DNA of 64,000 nucleotides from Brucepastera parasyntrophica (lineage in GTDB: Bacteria; Spirochaetota; Spirochaetia; Treponematales; Treponemataceae), in assembly GCF_022376835.1 (NCBI RefSeq), contig NZ_CP084606.1:2842739-2906738 (forward strand), written 5' to 3'. Below, one piece after another: positions 51,320-59,378 of the stretch. Within the stretch, counting starts at the first letter, position 1. Each line of letters begins with the position of its first letter. A model generated the notes under the pieces. That model was not told where the DNA came from. It searched no databases and saw only the letters and a list, made by a program, of their open reading frames with translations. The position numbers were made by a program, and so were the translations under genes.

Positions 51320-52375
51320 TTAGTTCCGGAGTCCTTTTACGGTTTCCTGTATCTTATGGTAAAGCGGAACACTGACTGCTCCCGGAATTGTTTTTGAAAT
51401 GTTTTCCACATCTTTATCAAATTCAGCTTCCCACTGTTTTAATTCCGCCGCCGTCGGCTGAATCATGGTTACGCCGTCGGCTTCCATTTTTTCAATGTAA
51501 TAGTTGTCTGCGTCATCAAGCGAAACATCAAGGCGCTTTCTCATTTTATCCACGGCTTCCAGCATGGCCGGTTTATATTTATCAGGCACCTGCGCCCACG
51601 ATTCATTTGAAATAACGAAGCCGGCCATAACCGGACACAATTTTGTGTCCAGCGCGTAACTGATTGCCTTTGAGAAGCCGGTTACATATGCATACATATG
51701 AACCCCGAAAAAACCCCGGACTCCGCCGTTACTTTTCAGCGACTGTAAAACCTTTGCCGACTGCATGTCTTCAATTGTAAAGCCCGCTGTCCTGAAGGCG
51801 TCGCCGAGAATGGGGCTGTCAATTCCCGCAGATGCAATTTTTATCTTTTTCAGCTCGCTCAGATCTGAAAATTTGTCCTTTGTATAAAAGGAAAGCCATC
51901 CGACATTTGTCCAGGCTATCATCTGAAAGCCGTTTTTTTCATATTCTTTTTCAAGCTCGGGACCCACTGTATCCAGAACAGCATTCAGTTCTTTCTGGTT
52001 CTGGATAAGAAAGGGAATTGAAAAAGTATAGATCGAGGCTGAAGGCACTACTTCATATAATCCTATGGTGGTCAGAATAGCCCCGTCCAGAGGTGCCTTT
52101 TGACCGGGACGGGCGGAACGGAATTTCTGTATAACGCTTTTTTCTCCTCCGAGGGAGTTCGCGTCATAAAAGGTTATCTGTACTTCGCCGTTGGTAATTT
52201 TTGCCCATTCCTGAGCGAGCGCCCTCTGTTCAATATCCCAGGGCGACCTGCTCGGCGCCACCGACGCGATTTTCAAATGGACCTTAGCCTGTGCCGAAAC
52301 AGAAAAAAACAGGACGCTGCAGAAAAAAGTGATGCTGACAATCTTTTTCATATTCATAATGGTTTCCTTACTCAA
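51320..52375 (-). CDS. tatP: TRAP transporter periplasmic substrate-binding protein (TatP / DctP-like).
   Basis: Signal peptide and DctP-family fold motifs. 8-bp overlap with tatT. Confidence 0.7.
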   Translation of the reverse strand: MSKETIMNMKKIVSITFFCSVLFFSVSAQAKVHLKIASVAPSRSPWDIEQRALAQEWAKITNGEVQITFYDANSLGGEKSVIQKFRSARPGQKAPLDGAILTTIGLYEVVPSASIYTFSIPFLIQNQKELNAVLDTVGPELEKEYEKNGFQMIAWTNVGWLSFYTKDKFSDLSELKKIKIASAGIDSPILGDAFRTAGFTIEDMQSAKVLQSLKSNGGVRGFFGVHMYAYVTGFSKAISYALDTKLCPVMAGFVISNESWAQVPDKYKPAMLEAVDKMRKRLDVSLDDADNYYIEKMEADGVTMIQPTAAELKQWEAEFDKDVENISKTIPGAVSVPLYHKIQETVKGLRN

Positions 52376-53330
52376 GAATAAAATATTCTTTATTTTGTTT
52401 CATCCAGTACGCCTGCTCCTGGGAAAGGATAATGGCTAGTCTGTTTTCAGGCTGCAGGTCCGGATCAATAGCCAGAGCCTTGTCAATATATTCATCAAAT
52501 CCGGCGCTGTCCTGAGTGGGGATGCAGAAATTCTGTACATAGGCCAGATAGGTTGAGGGACTTAACCCCCTGGAGTACTCCAATGCGTTCCGGTAGGCGT
52601 CTTCGGCTTTTTCAAAACCGCCGCCAAGCGATTCTGGGGCTGCTGCGTAAAATGCTGTCAGGACTTCCCATATCGCGCCGTTATTAAAGGCAGGATCAAG
52701 TTCCACTGCCCGTTCCAGCATGGCAAGCCCTCCCGGCACGTTTTCCAGATATATCGGTTCAACAGGATTAAGGGAAAATGCCGCCAGCGTGCCGCTTCCT
52801 GCCCAATATAATGCCGCAACATCATTTTTGTTACATTTTGCGAGCATTTTTTGCGCATTCGTTTCATTCTTTCCGAAGACGGCCTCGGTAAACGCCGGGT
52901 ACCGGTGATTCAGGCCGACCAGGACATAGTCCTTTCCCCTGACATAGAAATTCTGGGCCCTGAGATAGGCCGCATCCTGCTCATCAAATTTGTCATAGGG
53001 GAGCCGGGAAGCCGGCTGCTGGACAAACACATTCGCATACATGATATACAGCTGGCCGGTCATTATGGCCAGTCCCTCATGTCCGGGGTTCTGCAAATGC
53101 ATGATTTCATATAATTTGAGCGCGGTCGGGAAAAAATCCCTGACAAGCTGGGGGTCGTTTTCGCCGGTAAGGGCTATCATGGGATTTGATTCCTCATTTA
53201 TTCCGGCTGCCTTCTCCGAAGAGGGCGCGAGCATATCGGCTATGGAATTAAACGCCAGTTTTTTGATTGAACAGCCCGAAACAAGTATTACTGTGAATAC
53301 AGTCAACGCCAGGTAAAAAACTTTTCTCAT
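52368..53330 (-). CDS. tatT: TRAP-transporter-associated TPR lipoprotein TatT.
   Basis: Start MRKVFYL. Lipobox VSGC. All-helical TPR-like protein sitting immediately upstream of tatP and tatQM. Confidence 0.6.
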   Translation of the reverse strand: MRKVFYLALTVFTVILVSGCSIKKLAFNSIADMLAPSSEKAAGINEESNPMIALTGENDPQLVRDFFPTALKLYEIMHLQNPGHEGLAIMTGQLYIMYANVFVQQPASRLPYDKFDEQDAAYLRAQNFYVRGKDYVLVGLNHRYPAFTEAVFGKNETNAQKMLAKCNKNDVAALYWAGSGTLAAFSLNPVEPIYLENVPGGLAMLERAVELDPAFNNGAIWEVLTAFYAAAPESLGGGFEKAEDAYRNALEYSRGLSPSTYLAYVQNFCIPTQDSAGFDEYIDKALAIDPDLQPENRLAIILSQEQAYWMKQNKEYFILE

Positions 53331-53617
53331 ACGGTTAATTCCTTTTTCCATTCCGCCAGAAAGTGTTCGTAGGCCGCTATGGTCGCCGAGACGGCGGTAT
53401 CCTGAAGCTGGCCTCGTCCTTCTACATCATTTCCATCGATTATGTACAGACTGCGCAAAATGCCTTCAATATCTTCAATAGTACATTCGGGATCATGATT
53501 TTTCCGTCGGTGCAGACCTCTGGTTTCTTCTTCAAAAATCTGCCGGTATTTTTCGTCAAATGCACTGGTTGTCTCACACATTAGTAAAAATATAGTAGTT
53601 TTTTTGATGACTATCAA
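53327..53617 (-). CDS. Small hypothetical protein, translationally coupled (ATGA) to tatT.
   Basis: ORF only, acidic. Possible internal start at MCETTSAF. Confidence 0.35.
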   Translation of the reverse strand: MIVIKKTTIFLLMCETTSAFDEKYRQIFEEETRGLHRRKNHDPECTIEDIEGILRSLYIIDGNDVEGRGQLQDTAVSATIAAYEHFLAEWKKELTV

Positions 53618-53626
53618 GTATAATTT

Positions 53627-53723
53627 TTATTAGAGGTGAGGGTTTTATACCCGAGACCAATTCCACGGGAGAGCAAAATACTCCAGACCGAAGGCCTGCC
53701 TGCTCTGCGGAGGGGTATTTTAT
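53627..53723 (+). repeat. Structured intergenic repeat, copy 5 (divergent 5' half, conserved 3' core). Ends 6 bp before the ATG of 53730.
   Basis: TTATTAGAGGTGAGGG ... CCAGACC-gaag-GCCTG ... GGGGTATTTTATT. Confidence 0.6.
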
Positions 53724-53729
53724 TATATT

Positions 53730-54041
53730 ATGGAAGAAGATACTCGAAAAGAAGAAATGGATATCATTATAAATGATTCCTTCAAAGAATTAAGCTATGC
53801 GCTCAGCAAGGCCTCTGATCCCGAGCTGATCGGGGAATTCCTGGAAGAACTGTTTACTCCGACAGAACTGAAGGAAATGGCTTTGCGCTGGGCCCTGGTG
53901 AGGGAACTGGAAGACGGCGTTACCCAGCGGGAGATTGCGCGAAAGCTGGGTTTGAGTCTGTGTAAAATAACCAGGGGTTCGAGAGAGCTTAAAAAGGAAA
54001 ATTCGGCTTTCCGGCAGATGATACGGCTGTCAAAAACATAG
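53730..54041 (+). CDS. TrpR-like DNA-binding protein (YerC/YecD family).
   Basis: LFTPTELKEMALRWALVRELEDGVTQREIARKLGLS. Confidence 0.65.
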   Translation: MEEDTRKEEMDIIINDSFKELSYALSKASDPELIGEFLEELFTPTELKEMALRWALVRELEDGVTQREIARKLGLSLCKITRGSRELKKENSAFRQMIRLSKT

Positions 54042-54113
54042 TTTCCCGGGATATCCGGGTTTTATTTTCAGAGGATTACCCCCGTATTCGATATACCTTG
54101 CCCGAATATAAAA

Positions 54114-54136
54114 AGGCCCGGGTGCAAAACCCGGGC
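54114..54136. terminator. Bidirectional terminator between convergent genes.
   Basis: ggcccgggt-gcaaa-acccgggcc perfect 9-bp stem. Confidence 0.6.
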
Positions 54137-54162
54137 CATCTCTGTTTGATTGTACCTGCCGG

Positions 54163-57003
54163 CTATTCCAGCAATTGAGCGATCTGAGGCCGCTGCCAGC
54201 GGACAGCAATATCATAAGGGGTTTCTCCCGCAATATTCCGCGCCCTGCGGTCAATTCTGGGCATATTCAGGAGTTCTTTTACGCTGTCCGCGGTTCCCAG
54301 CCGGGCTGCATAGTGAAGCAGTCCGTCGCCAATTGTATCTGTTTTCCCCGCCGCATATTCAGCCAGAAGGGGAATAAAAGCCGGTATTTTGGTAAGTACA
54401 AGACTTACCACATTTTCACCTGAGTTATCCGAAGCAAAGGGGTCCGCTCCCGACGCAAGCAGAATCCGGGCCGCGGTCTCATCATTGTTTTTTACTGCGA
54501 GCAGAAGGGCCGTTGTCCCTGTCCTGTTCCGGTTATTGACCGGAATTTTTGCGTCTATAAGTGACTGAAGTATTTCCGTGCTGCTGTGTTCCATTACCGC
54601 GATATGAAGAGGAGTGTTTCCGTCGGAATCGACCAGGTTCGTGTTTGTGCCGATTACAGCCATAACAGTTTCCCTGTTTTTGCGGAAGGCCAGGGAAAGA
54701 GGAGTTCTTCCGTATGAATCGCGGGCCATGGGGTTTCCTCCGGCCTTTCGGATCAGGGAAATGATTTCCGGCGCGGAATATTCTACGGCTTCATGGAAGG
54801 CGTTCCGTCCGTACATATCCTGCATGACCGGAGAAGCTCCTTTTTCAAGAAGAAGCCGTACCGAATCGGGCCTGTTTCCCTGAATGGCGTCAGTCAGCGG
54901 AGTTTTTCCTGTTTCATCAACCGCATTTATGTCGGCGCCGTTTGCAAGGAGCATTTGAAGGAAGGTGATATTTTCTGTTCTTGCTGCTTCGTGAAGGGTT
55001 GTTTTCCCCGCAAGGTTTCGGGCATTTATAAGGCGGCGTCCGTTTGTTCTCGCGTCATATGAAAGCAGCATATTCGCCGCGTTTTCCGCGGACCAGTTGA
55101 TACAGGCATGGAGCGCCGTATTTCCGAGAAAATCCCTTGCGTTTATATCTGCCGCCCGTTCCGCAGTATTCTGCGACAGAAGAGTTCTGACAGTGGCGCT
55201 TGAATCTGCCTTTACCGCATTGAAAAGAGGAGTCTCGCCGTTTGAATTTCTGGCGTTTAAATCGCCTCCTTTTTCCACAATAAGGGAAACCACGCTGTTA
55301 AGCTGCCATTCGGCGGCCAAATGGAGCGGAGTATTTCCCGCTCCGTCGGATGATTTTATAACATTTGAATTGAGAACCCAGTCCTGCCTGCCTCCCATGC
55401 GGGAAAGCGCGGCCCTCAGGGCTGATTCACCTGCGACATTGGGATTGAATACATCGGCCCCATAGGCGAGCAGGATTTCTCCGGTATCCCTTGTGTTATT
55501 TCTTACCGCTATATGAAGGGGTGTATCGCCGTTTTTGTCCCTGGCATTCACATCAGCTTTCTTTTCTATAAGATAGTTTATAATATCCGGTTCACTCTGA
55601 TTTATAATTGCAATATGAAGAGGGGTCCTTCCGCGTGAATCCCGTGACTGTACGTTTGAATCAATTATTACGGCCTGTGTCATTACCAGACCGCTTTTAA
55701 GGGCCTTAATCAGGGCCGTATTTTCATCAATGTCTTCGGCGTGAATATCTGCCCCCAGTCTGACAAACAGATTCGCCTGCGCAATCTGATTCCGTTCTAT
55801 GGCGAGGGAAAGAGGGGTTACTCCCTTTTTGTTTCTTTCATTTGTATCCGCGCCATGGGAAATCAAGGTACGGATAATGTTTTCACTCATTCCGAGACGG
55901 GCCGCTATATGGAGCGGGGTTTCTCCGTAACTGTCTTTTTTATTGGGATCGGCCCCGGCATTCAGAAGGGCTGAAAATATTTCAGACCGGGAGCCGGCAG
56001 GCATAACCAGATGGAGCGGGGTATTTCCGGCTGAGTCCTGCTGATTGGGGTCTGCCCCAGCCTTCAGGAGAATGAAGGTACACTGGATATGGCCATTCCG
56101 GACTGCTTCATGCAGGGGCGTCGCGCTGGAAACGTCCTTTACGTTTACCTGTACCCTTCTCTCAATCAGATAGTTCACAAAACCCGTGTGGCCGTTTGCG
56201 GAGGCAATGTGAAGGGGTGTTTTTCCCTCCTCAAAGCGCATACCGGGGTTTCTCTTGAGGACAGCTGTTTCAAAATATGCAAATTCACCCAGCAGAGGTT
56301 CCGCTCCGGCGATCAGAAGCGCCGCGGCTATACGGGCGCTTGCGTCATTAAAGGGGTCTGTGTATGCAACCGCAAGGGGCGTCATCCCCGTGGAATCGGC
56401 CGCCGAAACATTTCCGTCAGACCGCAGAATAAGTGTCACTGCGTCTTCGTTAAGATCAGCCACCGCATAATGAAGGAGGGTCTTGCCGTTACTGTCTCTC
56501 TGGTTCACGGTATTTTGTGTAATAATGGAATTAAATGTATCAGTTCCCCTGTCAAGGGCCATTCTGTAAACAGCCACACCATGCAGGTTTACGGAAAAAA
56601 CATTGGATCCGGCCATAGCCAGAACTCTGGCAGCGTCAAGACATCCTGCGTCAACCGCGGCCGCAAGGGGCGTGTCACCTTCATTATCCATTGTTTCTTT
56701 CGATGCATTCATACTTAAAAGAAACTGAACCATTTCAGCGTCATTTCTCAGCGCCGCTATGTGCAACAGGCTTTGTCCCTGGGCGTTTTTCTGATCGACG
56801 GATTCGGACCCGGTCAGCCTTCTTTTTGCCTCGGCTGATCTTCCGCTGGAAATAAGGTCGATAAGGCTGGAATCAGTTTTTTCCGGAGCCGGTGTTGTTG
56901 TACATGATGATACCGCATATACTGCAATAATAATTGTTAATAACAAAACAGATTTTCGTAACATTTTTTCAGTCATAAAATCCCCCGCTTTTATAATCGG
57001 CAA
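54163..57003 (-). CDS. Ankyrin-repeat lipoprotein with about 25 ANK repeats. The likely start is MTEKMLRK at 56976 or MLRK at 56964.
   Basis: Lipobox AVSSC. Repeated GxTPLHxAxxxGHxxxVxxLLxxGAD units throughout. Confidence 0.8.
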   Translation of the reverse strand: MPIIKAGDFMTEKMLRKSVLLLTIIIAVYAVSSCTTTPAPEKTDSSLIDLISSGRSAEAKRRLTGSESVDQKNAQGQSLLHIAALRNDAEMVQFLLSMNASKETMDNEGDTPLAAAVDAGCLDAARVLAMAGSNVFSVNLHGVAVYRMALDRGTDTFNSIITQNTVNQRDSNGKTLLHYAVADLNEDAVTLILRSDGNVSAADSTGMTPLAVAYTDPFNDASARIAAALLIAGAEPLLGEFAYFETAVLKRNPGMRFEEGKTPLHIASANGHTGFVNYLIERRVQVNVKDVSSATPLHEAVRNGHIQCTFILLKAGADPNQQDSAGNTPLHLVMPAGSRSEIFSALLNAGADPNKKDSYGETPLHIAARLGMSENIIRTLISHGADTNERNKKGVTPLSLAIERNQIAQANLFVRLGADIHAEDIDENTALIKALKSGLVMTQAVIIDSNVQSRDSRGRTPLHIAIINQSEPDIINYLIEKKADVNARDKNGDTPLHIAVRNNTRDTGEILLAYGADVFNPNVAGESALRAALSRMGGRQDWVLNSNVIKSSDGAGNTPLHLAAEWQLNSVVSLIVEKGGDLNARNSNGETPLFNAVKADSSATVRTLLSQNTAERAADINARDFLGNTALHACINWSAENAANMLLSYDARTNGRRLINARNLAGKTTLHEAARTENITFLQMLLANGADINAVDETGKTPLTDAIQGNRPDSVRLLLEKGASPVMQDMYGRNAFHEAVEYSAPEIISLIRKAGGNPMARDSYGRTPLSLAFRKNRETVMAVIGTNTNLVDSDGNTPLHIAVMEHSSTEILQSLIDAKIPVNNRNRTGTTALLLAVKNNDETAARILLASGADPFASDNSGENVVSLVLTKIPAFIPLLAEYAAGKTDTIGDGLLHYAARLGTADSVKELLNMPRIDRRARNIAGETPYDIAVRWQRPQIAQLLE

Positions 57004-57249
57004 AATAACTAGAGGGTTCAGTTATTTCGGCTTGTTTTTAGGGTAAATATCCCTAATAAGAAGATATGATCATATTTGATAACAATTTGTATGGGAAAAA
57101 GTATCGCCGGGTTCTGATATTCTGATAGTGCTGAAAACCATTATACCGACCGTTCTGTATAGATATATACGATATCGTATTCATTTCTTATGGACGATTA
57201 TATGCTGGTTTATGCACAGAACGTATATTACTAAAATTCTGCTTCGTAT

Positions 57250-57403
57250 TGTCTATTATAATGGACAGTTTTAAACTCAATATATCAAATTTTGCTCTGT
57301 TTTAAGTGATTTGCCGGGCCTACCGGCAAATTATGGATTTCTTTAGTGGTTTTCGACAAAAAATTTTATTACTTTATCTTGATATTGTCCATTATAATGG
57401 ACA
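57250..57403. promoter_or_regulatory. Two copies of an 18-bp palindrome, TGTCTATTATAATGGACA (57250-57267) and the perfect TGTCCATTATAATGGACA (57386-57403). Each contains TATAAT. A tttgccgg/ccggcaaa hairpin (57310-57330) lies between them.
   Basis: Read directly from the sequence, upstream of the ankyrin gene on the minus strand. Confidence 0.55.
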
Positions 57404-57665
57404 GTAAATGCAAATTATCTGTTCGTTTCAGGGATTCCCGGTTGGTATACGGGTTCACAGGACAAAAATATACCGACCGGTCGGTACAGAGTCTGCATTG
57501 TCTGATTCATCCTTTCTGTGAAAATCTATTTTATCCCGCCTGTTCGGGACCGGCCTCAAAGCGGACCGTTCCGAACACCTAAAACTGCCGGAACCAACCC
57601 TTCCGGAATTTCCGCCGTTCAGGGCCGGAAACAGGCCGGCCCTGGACACTTTACCTGAGCAGATA

Positions 57666-58142
57666 CTAGAACTCGAATTCGTCCGACCAGTCAAATTCAC
57701 CCGATGTTTCTATGTTTCCGGGCCAGTGGGCGCACCAATCCGGGACCCCCGGAGATTCAACCCTGTCCATACTGGGCGTATAGGGTTTAATATCAATAAC
57801 AGGAGAGCCGTCATGCGCATCTATCCACGCAATTTCTATGGTCCCCGTACTGTGATCCAGGCCGCAAACCTGGACTGTCGACAGGGCTATCGGGTTTGGC
57901 CTGACCGGTGAACGTGTTGCCAGAATACCCATTTGCTCCGGCGCCTTCCGGTACGGGCGGGGAACTGTCAGTACTGATCTGGCTTCTTCCGTATCAAAAT
58001 CACTGAACCACCAGATGACATTCAAATGACTGAATCCGTCAATCGCCTCAAGAGCAGGCCGGTATGCTTTTTCAAGTTCAATACTCATACCTGTTTCGGT
58101 TACCCTTATCCAGCCTATAGGCTTTACACAATACTGCTTCAT
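57666..58142 (-). CDS. TsaA/TrmO (YaeB) family tRNA methyltransferase-like protein.
   Basis: Length and motifs fit (GFSHLNVIWWF...PNPIALS). Confidence 0.55.
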   Translation of the reverse strand: MKQYCVKPIGWIRVTETGMSIELEKAYRPALEAIDGFSHLNVIWWFSDFDTEEARSVLTVPRPYRKAPEQMGILATRSPVRPNPIALSTVQVCGLDHSTGTIEIAWIDAHDGSPVIDIKPYTPSMDRVESPGVPDWCAHWPGNIETSGEFDWSDEFEF

Positions 58143-58197
58143 TTCCTACCTCCGTATATAGATTTATCAAGAAGCGTATTCAGTGTAGAGTCTGACA

Positions 58198-59040
58198 TCA
58201 TGTGAGGGTCAAGAAATTACAGTATTTTTTTACCGGAATTTGAATTTCAGTAATATATTTTTCGGGACTGGTTTCGTTCCATGGACCTCGGTGGCAAATC
58301 TGCCTGTTTTTTCCTTCCATACTGAAATTTGTATGCGCTGAAAGCCAATGCGCGAAGGACAGGTAAACTCCTGCGATATTTTCAAAAGGCCCGTATACCA
58401 ATGTACTTGCCATTGATTCTACGGCTTCAGTTGTTCTCCAGACTATGCCCGGCCTGTCCGCTTCCCTTCGGTCTACCCTGACGCAGATTTCCACATCAAC
58501 ATTCTGTTCCTTGTATTCTTCATCATGGTAAATAGCGAAATTTTCAGTATTCTGGGGCAGCCTTATCTTTTCTTTTTTAACGGATTCTCCCAGTTCTTTC
58601 CAAAGCAACTCCTCTGAGAAATAATCAGGGATAATTTTCCGCAACGAAAGAACCTGATATGCAGGTATTTTCTTTATAATAAAATCGTGCCGGACCGAGA
58701 CGGTATCATCGGTAATGGTTTCCATGACCGTTTCTATTCTTTTCAGTTTCCATGTTTCCGCTTCAATTGTTTTCCTGATTTCTTCCTTTTTATTTTCCAT
58801 CTTTGCCGAAATAAAAGTTCCGTTCCAGTTATGCAGCGCCTCCGTTATTTCGGAAACAGTGAAGCCTGTGTCCTTCAAAAAGAGTATTTTCTGCAGAGTC
58901 ACAATTTGGTCCGTAGAATAATAGCGGTATCCGGTATAATAATCAGTACGCGCTGGTTTTAATAACCCCTCTTCATCATAATAACGCAGCATCCTGATTG
59001 AAACCTGCATGAGTTTTGAAAATTCTCCTATCCTGAACAT
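58198..59040 (-). CDS. MerR-family transcriptional regulator with a C-terminal GyrI-like effector-binding domain.
   Basis: MFRIGEFSKLMQVSIRMLRYYDEEGLLKP HTH. The track ORF extends to 59109. Confidence 0.75.
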   Translation of the reverse strand: MFRIGEFSKLMQVSIRMLRYYDEEGLLKPARTDYYTGYRYYSTDQIVTLQKILFLKDTGFTVSEITEALHNWNGTFISAKMENKKEEIRKTIEAETWKLKRIETVMETITDDTVSVRHDFIIKKIPAYQVLSLRKIIPDYFSEELLWKELGESVKKEKIRLPQNTENFAIYHDEEYKEQNVDVEICVRVDRREADRPGIVWRTTEAVESMASTLVYGPFENIAGVYLSFAHWLSAHTNFSMEGKNRQICHRGPWNETSPEKYITEIQIPVKKYCNFLTLT

Positions 59041-59378
59041 ACCTGAAGCCCCATTGGTTTGTGTGTCCGGGAAAGGATACCAATGATAGAAAAATGATAC
59101 AACTGGCAAATTTTTTCTGTTTCACTTTATCTTCGGCCCGTCAAAAAAATAACCGAATATTCGATTTTATTTCTTTTGGCAGGTTACGCTGACGGAAACT
59201 ATGTATATATTAAAACTATGGAAGGAACATGATAAAAACGGAGGGATGCTTTTATCATGTACTGTTTGCGAAACAGTCTTTTTTAACAGCAGGCTGCGCA
59301 GTTTATGAAATTTCACAGCTGTAAACTGTAAGTGTCATCAGTTCTGCCGGCATCCAGGCAATCTATAGAGGAGTAAAA

